Of a DNA stretch of 64,000 nucleotides, positions 56,398-64,000 are shown piece by piece (position 1 is the stretch's first letter; each line of letters starts with the position of its first letter). The DNA is from Acidobacteriota bacterium (GTDB lineage: Bacteria; Acidobacteriota; UBA890; WLXD01). The translations under genes and the position numbers were made by a program. Location: contig CBDFKD010000002.1 of assembly GCA_965248695.1 (NCBI GenBank), positions 4,512,001-4,576,000 on the forward strand, written 5' to 3'. The notes beneath the pieces are model-generated. The model made no database searches. It saw only the letters and a list, made by a program, of their open reading frames with translations, and was not told the DNA's origin.

Positions 56398-58797
56398 ATG
56401 GCTGACTACAAGCTGCTAGGCAAGAACTACACCCCCCCGGATCTGGTTGCCAAGGTCCAGGGAAAGGCGAAATATGCCGAGGACTTTCGCGCCGAAGGGA
56501 TGCTGTTTGCCAAGCTGTTGGTCAGCCCGATGCCGCACGCGCGCGTCCGTAGCATCGATGCCAGTCGAGCGCTGGCGATGCCTGGCGTGGAAGGGGTTCT
56601 GACGGCTGACGATCTGCCAGAGGTGGCACCACACATCGAGGCGGCACTCAGCAACGAGCCGTTGTATGAGGGTGCGCCGGTCCTGGCCGTCGCGGCCGTG
56701 GATGAGACCACGGCGGCCGACGCTATCGAGCGCATCGATGTCGATTTCGAGCCGCTGCCGTTCGTCATCGATCCGCTGGATAGCTTGCGTCCAAACGGCA
56801 TCAACGCGCGCTCCGAGGGCAACGTCTATGGCGGTCGCGAGTTCCACACGCTCAAGTGGACGGACGAGGATTTCGCCGAGGCCGACGAGGACCGCCTCCC
56901 GATGGGCGAGGCGTTCTATGAGTTCACGAACGGCGATCTGGAAGAGGGGTTCGCCATTGCCGATCTGGTGTACGACGAGACGATCTCGCACCAGTCGCTG
57001 ACGCATCATCCGCTCGAGCCTCGCAGCGCCATGGCCTACTGGCAGAACGGCAAGCTCTACCTGCACGCCTCGACGCAGAGCACCGCAAACAGCGCTCCGG
57101 GGTCAGCGAGGGCGTGCGGCGTCGATCCGGCAGATTTGGTGCTGATCGCCGAGTACTGCGGCGGTGGCTTCGGCAGCAAGATCGGCGGGTCGGTCAACCT
57201 TCCGGTGGTGTCGCTGCTGTCCCAGCAGACCGGTCGGCCGGTGATGCTGCGGGTGACGCGCGCCGAGGAGAACTACTTCGGCATGGCGCGCTGTGGCTTC
57301 CAGGGCCGCGTCAAGATGGGGTTCCGGGCCGACGGTCGCGTGACGGCGCTGGACTACTACGTCGTGCAGGACAACGGGCCGTATCGCGGTGAGGTGGACT
57401 ACTGGATCGCCGCCGAGATGGCGTCGGTCACCTACACGCCGCTTTCGATGCGCTTCCGCGCCGTCCCCGTGGTCACCAACACGCCACCGCGCGCGGCGCA
57501 GCGCGCCCCGGGTGGCGTGCAGGCGACGGCGATGCTTGAGCCGGTGGTCGATCGGGCGGCACGCGAACTGGGGATCGATCGACTGGAGATTCGGCGTGTC
57601 AACGCGCCCGTGGCTGCAAGCAAGTTCGGCTCAGGGCAGGGGACCCTGTCGAGCGTCTACGCAGTGGAGGCAATCGATCGCGGCGTCGAGTTGTTCGACT
57701 GGGAAGCACAGAAGCAGCTCAGCGGTCAACGGAACGGCACCAAGGCGATCGGCACAGGCGTGGTGCTGAGCCCGTTCTACGCCGGGAGCAGCGGATGGGA
57801 TGCGCTTCTGCTCATCCGTCCGGACGGCAAGCTGTACGTCCATCAGGGGGTCGGCAACCTCGGCACCCACTCGACGTTCGATACGGCGCGTACGGCCGCC
57901 GAGGTGCTGGATCTTCCCTGGGAGCAGTGCGAGGTGGTCTGGGGCAGCACCGGCCGGCATCTTCCGAATACGGCGTCGCAGTCCGGCAGCCAGACGACCT
58001 GGGCGCACAGCCGCGCCAACTACGTGGCGGCGCTCCATGCCAAAGCCTTGCTGCAGGAGATCGCGGCGCGTGATCTCGGCGGTTCGCCGGCTGACTATGA
58101 AGTCGGTGACGGTAGGGTCTTCGCGCGGGGGAATCGCAGTCGCGGACTCGACTTCGCGCGTGCTGCGGCCCGTGCCATCGAACTGGGCGGCAAGTACAGC
58201 GGTCACGAGTACCCGGAAGATCTCAACGAGATGACGGTACGGTCCGTCGAGGCACTGGCCGGCGAGGGCTTGATCGCGGCGACCAAGGACACCCTGCCGC
58301 ACGAGGGCAGCACGCTCTCCTTCGTCGTCGGGTTCGCACGCGTCGAGGTCGACACCGAGACCGGTCACGTGGACATCGTCGACTATCGATGCGTCGCCGA
58401 TTGCGGCACCGTGATGCACCCGCGCGCCCTGGGAGCACAACTGCTCGGCGGCGCCATTCAGGGCTTCGGCGTCGCCCGTAGCCACAAGTGGGTGTATGAC
58501 CCCAAGTGGGGCGTACCCTTCACCAAGGGCTTCCACGCCTCAAAGCCGCCGACGATGCTGGACGTGCCGCTGGACATGCAATGGGAGGCGGTCGGACTGC
58601 CGGATCCTTCCAACCCCGTCGGGGCCAAGGGAATCGGTGAGGCCGCCATGCCGGCCGGCGCCGCAGCGGTAGCCTGCGCAATCCAGGACGCCATCGGCGG
58701 CGCGGTGTTCAACCGCACACCGATCACTACCGATATGGTGCTGGCAGCGCTGCAGGAAGAGCGCCAGCCACACGCAGCGCTTACCCAGCACGTGTAG
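56398..58797 (+). CDS. Xanthine dehydrogenase family molybdopterin-binding large subunit
   Basis: KV.G.AKYAED, SPMPHA, HHPLEPR, GGGFGSK, AQRAPG, GSQT, EVDTETG, GAKGIGE. Confidence 0.9.
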   Translation: MADYKLLGKNYTPPDLVAKVQGKAKYAEDFRAEGMLFAKLLVSPMPHARVRSIDASRALAMPGVEGVLTADDLPEVAPHIEAALSNEPLYEGAPVLAVAAVDETTAADAIERIDVDFEPLPFVIDPLDSLRPNGINARSEGNVYGGREFHTLKWTDEDFAEADEDRLPMGEAFYEFTNGDLEEGFAIADLVYDETISHQSLTHHPLEPRSAMAYWQNGKLYLHASTQSTANSAPGSARACGVDPADLVLIAEYCGGGFGSKIGGSVNLPVVSLLSQQTGRPVMLRVTRAEENYFGMARCGFQGRVKMGFRADGRVTALDYYVVQDNGPYRGEVDYWIAAEMASVTYTPLSMRFRAVPVVTNTPPRAAQRAPGGVQATAMLEPVVDRAARELGIDRLEIRRVNAPVAASKFGSGQGTLSSVYAVEAIDRGVELFDWEAQKQLSGQRNGTKAIGTGVVLSPFYAGSSGWDALLLIRPDGKLYVHQGVGNLGTHSTFDTARTAAEVLDLPWEQCEVVWGSTGRHLPNTASQSGSQTTWAHSRANYVAALHAKALLQEIAARDLGGSPADYEVGDGRVFARGNRSRGLDFARAAARAIELGGKYSGHEYPEDLNEMTVRSVEALAGEGLIAATKDTLPHEGSTLSFVVGFARVEVDTETGHVDIVDYRCVADCGTVMHPRALGAQLLGGAIQGFGVARSHKWVYDPKWGVPFTKGFHASKPPTMLDVPLDMQWEAVGLPDPSNPVGAKGIGEAAMPAGAAAVACAIQDAIGGAVFNRTPITTDMVLAALQEERQPHAALTQHV

Positions 58798-58845
58798 TAA
58801 CGAAGCTCGATCCGATGCGGCCGTGGGGCCGCAGCCAGTGCCTCG

Positions 58846-60027
58846 CTAGCGCGGTACGTCCTGTGCCGCGGTCGGAAGGAGCCCGTTGTCGCGTAGGTGA
58901 TCGGCGGTGTGGCGCGCGCGTAGCGCGTTGCCCGAGGCGCTGAAATGATAGCCGTCCACGAAGTAGCGCTCCTCGTCGGGCATGATCTCCGCCAGATCGA
59001 ACAACGTAGCGCCGCTAGCCGCAGCGATTGATCGGACCACACCGTTCTGCTCCGCCACCGCCGCTTGGTACTCCGGCGTTCCCAGGCGCAATTGCCCGAC
59101 CAGGGAGGGCGCATAGGCGAAGGTCGTGAGCACGACCGCGACCTCGGTGGCAGCAGCGACACTGACCAGGCTGCGTAGGTTGCGCTCGAAGTGCCGGGGG
59201 CCGTTGCGGGTCAGCATCTCGCTGGCAGCGGTCGCCTCGAACACACCTTCAGGGTAGCGGCCGTCTCGAACCTGCACCCAGAAATCCAACGAGCGGTCGG
59301 ACTCGGGAGGTGAACCGAAGGCCCGGCGCAGCGACGTTTGCGGCTCCGTCAGACCGAGCCTCAACATCAAGCCCCGCACCAGGGTGCTGTGCTCCCACAG
59401 CGACGGCGTTCGGCCCTCCCACGACAGCCCGTTGTGGCCGGAATTGTCGCCTCGGAAGGCATTGGCAGGCCACACGAGCCGCGGGTGCACGTCGTTGAAT
59501 CCGTGGTACACGACGACCACGTCCGGCGCCAGATCCAGGATGCGCGATTGGAAGTTGATCAACGACTCGAGCGTGCCGTAGCCGGGCACGCCGGCGTTGA
59601 TCACCTCTACAGCCGGGCCGCGCTCGTTGAGCGCAAGCTCGAGCAGGCGCGGGTACGACTGCCGGTAGTCGTCGACACCGTCGGAGTAGACCGTCGATCC
59701 GCCGATACACACGATCCGGAACCCTGTCGGCGGCTTCTCCCCGATCTCGTCGCCGCGAAAACCCAGCGAGCTGTGCCGGTTTGCGCCTCGTAGGTAATTC
59801 GGCGTCGGAACGTAGCCGAGGTAGCGGTGGGGTAAGAACTTGGGCCGCGTGTCCGATCGGCTCATCGCCTGCTGGATCGACGCATACCATGTCACCTGCT
59901 CCGGGCTGGCGACGTAGCGAAGGAGGAGTCGCGCCGACACCTCTACTATGATGAATCCCATCGCAGCCGAGAAACAGACGAGAAAGAGCCGTGCCAGGAG
60001 GCGTTCGAGGCGGGCCTGGTCGCACAT
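58846..60027 (-). CDS. Membrane-anchored SGNH/GDSL hydrolase
   Basis: N-terminal TM helix; block I IGGSTVY, block II NAGVPGY, block III GFND, block V DGYHF. Start uncertain. Confidence 0.82.
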   Translation of the reverse strand: MCDQARLERLLARLFLVCFSAAMGFIIVEVSARLLLRYVASPEQVTWYASIQQAMSRSDTRPKFLPHRYLGYVPTPNYLRGANRHSSLGFRGDEIGEKPPTGFRIVCIGGSTVYSDGVDDYRQSYPRLLELALNERGPAVEVINAGVPGYGTLESLINFQSRILDLAPDVVVVYHGFNDVHPRLVWPANAFRGDNSGHNGLSWEGRTPSLWEHSTLVRGLMLRLGLTEPQTSLRRAFGSPPESDRSLDFWVQVRDGRYPEGVFEATAASEMLTRNGPRHFERNLRSLVSVAAATEVAVVLTTFAYAPSLVGQLRLGTPEYQAAVAEQNGVVRSIAAASGATLFDLAEIMPDEERYFVDGYHFSASGNALRARHTADHLRDNGLLPTAAQDVPR

Positions 60028-60071
60028 CGCGGGAGCTCCAGAGTCGAGTGAAACGGTCGTTGCCAAAGTCA

Positions 60072-61673
60072 TTGCCAAGGCGCGCAATCGCCGCCCGGGA
60101 CCCTGGCGTACCAGCCCGACGGTCGCTGACCGCGACGACGCTCGCCGTCGTGATCGTCGCATCACTGAGCCATGAGGCCTGCGCGTTGGATCCCGGGTCT
60201 CCACAGTCTGCACCTTTCCAGCTGCTAGAGGCCACGGTCTCGGATTCGCAGGCGGCGATGTCGGCCGGCACGGTCACGGCGCGGGACCTCGTTGACGCGT
60301 ACCTGGCACGCATCGACGCCTACGATCAGTCAGGGCCGAGGCTCAACGCGATCATTGCCGTCAACCCGAACGCGGGTGCCGAAGCGGACGCGCTCGACGA
60401 GGAGCGGGCACAGCGTGGCGCGCGTGGACCGTTGCACGGTATCCCGGTGATTCTGAAGGACAACTTCGACACCTTCGACATGCCGACGACAGCGGCATCC
60501 AAGGCCCTGGAAGGGTCGATGCCGCCCGACGACGCGTTCCAGGTTCGCCGCCTGCGCGAGGCCGGCGCCATTATCCTCGCCAAGGCCAACATGCACGAGC
60601 TGGCGTGGGACTGGGAGACCTTCAGCTCGCTCGGTGGGCAGACCCTGAACCCGTACGACCTGGGCCGCAATCCTGGAGGCTCCAGCGGCGGAACGGGTGC
60701 AGCGATCACCGCCAACTTCGGTGCCTTCGGAATGGGTACCGACACCTGCGGGTCGATTCGCGTGCCCGCGTCTCACAACAACCTCGTCGGCATCCGACCG
60801 ACGCGCGGCCTGTCGAGCGTAGACGGGATCGTCCCACTTGCCCTGACGCAGGATACCGCCGGGCCGCTGGCGCGGACGGTGGAAGACGCGGCCCTGGCGC
60901 TCGACGCTACGGCCGGCTTCGATCTCGCGGATCCAGTGACGGCGCTCGGGGTCGGGAACGTCCCCGAGTCCTACGCCGCTGCACTAGACGCCGAGGCGTT
61001 GGACGACGCCAGAATAGGGCTCTTCGAGACCCTGTTTGCCGGCTCGGAGGCCGCGGCAGAGGTCAACGCCATCGTTCGCCGTGCCGCGGACGATATGGCG
61101 TTGCGCGGCGCAGAGATTGTTGCAGTCGACAGTCCCACGATCGCCGCGGTGCTGGCGATGCCCGACCTCACGATCGACGAGTTCCGGGCTCACCTCGACG
61201 GCTACCTGGCCGCCACTCCGGACGCGCCGGTCAGGACCTTGCGCGAGATCGTCGAGTCCGGGCTGTTCCACCCCGGCGTCGGCGACTATCTCCAACAGTC
61301 TCTCGACTCGGAGGCGCTCGACAGCGAGGAATACAAGGACAAGTTGCTGCGTCGCCGTGACCTACGCGTCGAGATCGTGTCGCTGATGGCGGTTCACGAG
61401 CTCGACGCGCTGCTTTATCCGACGGTCAACGAGCCCCCCGCCGTTCTCGGTGAGGAGCAGCGTGGCGCGATGCCCAACTGTGACCTCAGCGCCCGTTCCG
61501 GCCTGCCGGCGATCACGGTGCCGGCCGGGTTCACAGCCGCCGGATTGCCAATTGGCGTCGAGCTACTGGGGCGCGCCTTTGATGAGGCCAGGCTGATCGG
61601 GTTGGCCTACGCGTTCGAGCAGGCCACGCACCATCGGCGTCCACCAGACACAACACCGGCCTTGAGGCCGTAG
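60072..61673 (+). CDS. Amidase signature family enzyme, probably secreted
   Basis: GPLHGIPVILKDN, PGGSSGG, GTDTCGSIRVPA (Ser-cisSer-Lys triad), GLPAITVPAG. Start uncertain. Confidence 0.88.
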   Translation: MPRRAIAARDPGVPARRSLTATTLAVVIVASLSHEACALDPGSPQSAPFQLLEATVSDSQAAMSAGTVTARDLVDAYLARIDAYDQSGPRLNAIIAVNPNAGAEADALDEERAQRGARGPLHGIPVILKDNFDTFDMPTTAASKALEGSMPPDDAFQVRRLREAGAIILAKANMHELAWDWETFSSLGGQTLNPYDLGRNPGGSSGGTGAAITANFGAFGMGTDTCGSIRVPASHNNLVGIRPTRGLSSVDGIVPLALTQDTAGPLARTVEDAALALDATAGFDLADPVTALGVGNVPESYAAALDAEALDDARIGLFETLFAGSEAAAEVNAIVRRAADDMALRGAEIVAVDSPTIAAVLAMPDLTIDEFRAHLDGYLAATPDAPVRTLREIVESGLFHPGVGDYLQQSLDSEALDSEEYKDKLLRRRDLRVEIVSLMAVHELDALLYPTVNEPPAVLGEEQRGAMPNCDLSARSGLPAITVPAGFTAAGLPIGVELLGRAFDEARLIGLAYAFEQATHHRRPPDTTPALRP

Positions 61674-61695
61674 GCCCGAAATCCGAGGAGGATCC

Positions 61696-62586
61696 ATGCG
61701 AAGAGAAGCCGTGCTGATGGTCGGGCTTACGTTGATTGCCGTTCCGGCGGCGGCCCAGGAGGAAGATTTCGACGCGGTGCAGATCGGTACGACGCGGCTC
61801 AGCGACTCGATCTACATGCTCGAGGGAAGCGGCGGCAACATCGGCGTCTGCATCGGCGACGACGGTACCTTCATCGTCGATGACCAGTTCGCCCCGTTGA
61901 CCGACAAGATCACCGCAGCGATCGCCGCGCTCACCGATCGACCGGTGGAGTTCGTCATCAACACGCACTGGCACTACGACCACACCGACGGCAACGAGAA
62001 CTTCGGCGAGGCGGGGGCGTTGATCGTCTCCCACGAGAACAGCCGCCGGCGCATGGAGGCCGACCAGTTCCTCGAGCTGTTCGGTCGACCGCAGCCGGCG
62101 TACTCGGCCGTCGGTCTGCCGAAGATCACCTTCACGCGCTCGATGAGCCTCTACCTCAACGGTGAGAAGATCGACGTCTTTCACCGTGGCGCGGCGCACA
62201 CGGACGGAGACGCGGTGATCTACTTCCGTACCTCCAACATCGTCCACTCGGGCGACGTGTTCGTGCGCTACGGATTTCCGTACATCGATCAGCCCAACGG
62301 TGGCTCGATCCAGGGGATGATCCGAACCGTCGACTATCTCGCCAGTATCACCGATGACGAAACGAAGTTCATTCCTGGCCATGGGCAGCTCTCGACCCGG
62401 GACGATCTGCTCGCTTACGGTGCCATGCTACGGACGATCCGGGACCGCGTGCAGGCATTGATCAACCAGGGCCGGTCGCTTGAGCAAGTGATTGCGGCTG
62501 ACCCGACGCGAGGTTACGAGGAGCGCGGCACTGGCAGGGCGGATTTCGCCAAGATCGTCTACGACAGTCTCGGCGGCGGGCAATAG
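61696..62586 (+). CDS. Secreted MBL-fold metallo-hydrolase (cyclase-like)
   Basis: Signal peptide; GGNIG, VDDQFAP, intact NTHWHYDHTDGN, AHTDGD, HSGD, IPGHG. Confidence 0.88.
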   Translation: MRREAVLMVGLTLIAVPAAAQEEDFDAVQIGTTRLSDSIYMLEGSGGNIGVCIGDDGTFIVDDQFAPLTDKITAAIAALTDRPVEFVINTHWHYDHTDGNENFGEAGALIVSHENSRRRMEADQFLELFGRPQPAYSAVGLPKITFTRSMSLYLNGEKIDVFHRGAAHTDGDAVIYFRTSNIVHSGDVFVRYGFPYIDQPNGGSIQGMIRTVDYLASITDDETKFIPGHGQLSTRDDLLAYGAMLRTIRDRVQALINQGRSLEQVIAADPTRGYEERGTGRADFAKIVYDSLGGGQ

Positions 62587-62629
62587 CGCTCGGGCCGGAC
62601 AGAGCCCGGTGCGCGGGTCGTGGCCGCCC

Positions 62630-64000
62630 CTAGATCAACCAGTGCGCCGCGATGGCCAGCATCGGCAGCGCGATGACAGTGCGTAGGCAGAAGATGCTGA
62701 TCAGCTGACCCAGCGACAGCGGGATGCTGGAGTTCAGTATGAGCACAGCGGATTCTGCAAAGAAGATCAGCTGAGTAACGGAAAGCCCGGCCAGCAGGAA
62801 GCTCGCGGTCTGATTGTCGATGGTGCCGGCGATAAGCGCCGGCACGAACTGATCCAGCAGCCCGACGACTACGCCGGGGGCCGCCGCCGCGGCCTCAGGA
62901 ATCTGCAACAGGCTCAACAGAGGAATCAACGGCTGGGTCAGCAACTGCAGGACCCGCGTATGGTGATAGGCCACCAGCGCGATGAACTCGATCGCCATCG
63001 CCGCGGGCATCATGGTGAAGAAGATATCGAAGAGAACCTTCAGGCTGCGTTTGAGCATCGCCACCGGGCGCGGGGCATTACGGGCTCGCGTGACCGACTG
63101 CTGCACCGCCCAGGCGAATGGCGAGCTGCTGCTGGTCTCCTCGTGGATCTGGCGACCGACAGGCGCGTAGTAGGTATCCGGGAGCCGCGACAGCGGCGGG
63201 AGACGTGGCGTGATCAGGGCGCACGTCAGCCCGACGACGACCATCGACGCGTAGAGTGGGACAAAGTGTTCGCCGATGCCGGCGACCTGCGAGATGAGCA
63301 CCACGAACGGAATGGACACGACTGAGAAGTTCGTCGAGATTACCGCCGCCTCGCGTTCAGAGTAGAAACCCGACTCGTACTGCCGCACGGTTACCAGTAT
63401 TGCCACGCTGGAGGCGCCGACCCACGACGCCAGCGTATCGACCGTGGCGCGGCCGGGGAGGTTGAACATGCGCTTGAACGGTCTGCGCATCAGCGTGCCG
63501 ACGAACTCCAGCAGACCGAACTCGGTGAGAAACGGAAGCAGCAGGCAGGCAACGCCGATGATCAGGAAAATAAGGCCGCCGATCTCGACGTAGGCCGTAC
63601 CCCCGGTCTCGGCGCTATGGACCCAGGCGGGGCCGAGCGTGAGGGCCGTCATCGGCGCACCGATTCCGGCGACCACCCGCAAGGTGAGCCAGACCCCGTT
63701 GGTCTCGAAGACTTCGTGCAGATACGGGAATCGCGTGGCGAGGCTTCGCGGACCGAGCGTGAAAGCCACCGACAGCAGCGCTCCGGTCAGGAAGATGGGT
63801 GTCGTGAACCAGGCCATTCGGTCGCCGATGAGGGCTTGCAGCGTCGAGGTGATCACCCCCATCACGATGGTGACGTCGCCGCCATATCGAAGTGGCACCA
63901 GGAACAACGCCACGCCGATAGCAGACGGCAGCGCCACGCGCAGGTAGTCCCTCGGAGTGGCCTGCGCCAGTTGACTGACCGGTATGGGCGCCTGATCTCT
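62630..64000 (-). CDS. yjiH: YjiH family (nucleoside-recognition/Gate domain) membrane transporter, 5' end outside the window
   Basis: LLPFLTEFGLLEF.G.LM, FNLPGR..VD.LASWVG, Y..GFYS.REAAVI.TNFS.VS, QLIFF.E, IF.LRT. The frame stays open to the window end. Confidence 0.85.
   Translation of the reverse strand, partial: RDQAPIPVSQLAQATPRDYLRVALPSAIGVALFLVPLRYGGDVTIVMGVITSTLQALIGDRMAWFTTPIFLTGALLSVAFTLGPRSLATRFPYLHEVFETNGVWLTLRVVAGIGAPMTALTLGPAWVHSAETGGTAYVEIGGLIFLIIGVACLLLPFLTEFGLLEFVGTLMRRPFKRMFNLPGRATVDTLASWVGASSVAILVTVRQYESGFYSEREAAVISTNFSVVSIPFVVLISQVAGIGEHFVPLYASMVVVGLTCALITPRLPPLSRLPDTYYAPVGRQIHEETSSSSPFAWAVQQSVTRARNAPRPVAMLKRSLKVLFDIFFTMMPAAMAIEFIALVAYHHTRVLQLLTQPLIPLLSLLQIPEAAAAAPGVVVGLLDQFVPALIAGTIDNQTASFLLAGLSVTQLIFFAESAVLILNSSIPLSLGQLISIFCLRTVIALPMLAIAAHWLI

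Noticed and set aside
1-64000. CRISPR arrays, tRNA/rRNA, prophage, integrase or defence genes
   Set aside because: Reading the intergenic gaps and ORFs showed no regularly spaced repeats, RNA-gene signatures or such protein motifs.

Overview
This is a high-GC bacterial chromosome segment, roughly two-thirds G+C by eye. Gene content (DUF5916 barrels, secreted hydrolases, DUF2339, archaeal/eukaryote-type asd) suggests an Acidobacteriota-like heterotroph, which is inference only. It holds about 45 protein genes, mostly for amine, amino-acid and quaternary-amine catabolism. These are: a carnitine locus (BKACE, L-carnitine dehydrogenase, DUF6687); a non-pyrrolysine MttB; a spermidine dehydrogenase-like protein; a SoxC/cytochrome c pair; an SSS transporter/hydantoinase AB/giant M14 peptidase operon; and thrA-asd. 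The standout is a lysine 2,3-aminomutase (kamA) transcribed divergently from a five-gene operon encoding a P5C-dehydrogenase-like ALDH, an omega-aminotransferase, a GctAB/CatIJ-type CoA-transferase pair and a YodT-like aminotransferase. Together these suggest an acetylation-independent lysine -> beta-lysine -> 3-aminoadipate -> 3-oxoadipate route (hypothesis). Also seen: a 271-bp MITE with 30-bp terminal inverted repeats and a CTAG target duplication, two gene remnants missed by the ORF track (enolase-superfamily C-terminus; internally deleted DUF1080), and a secreted atypical kinase-fold protein. No rRNA, tRNA, CRISPR array or transposase was recognised.
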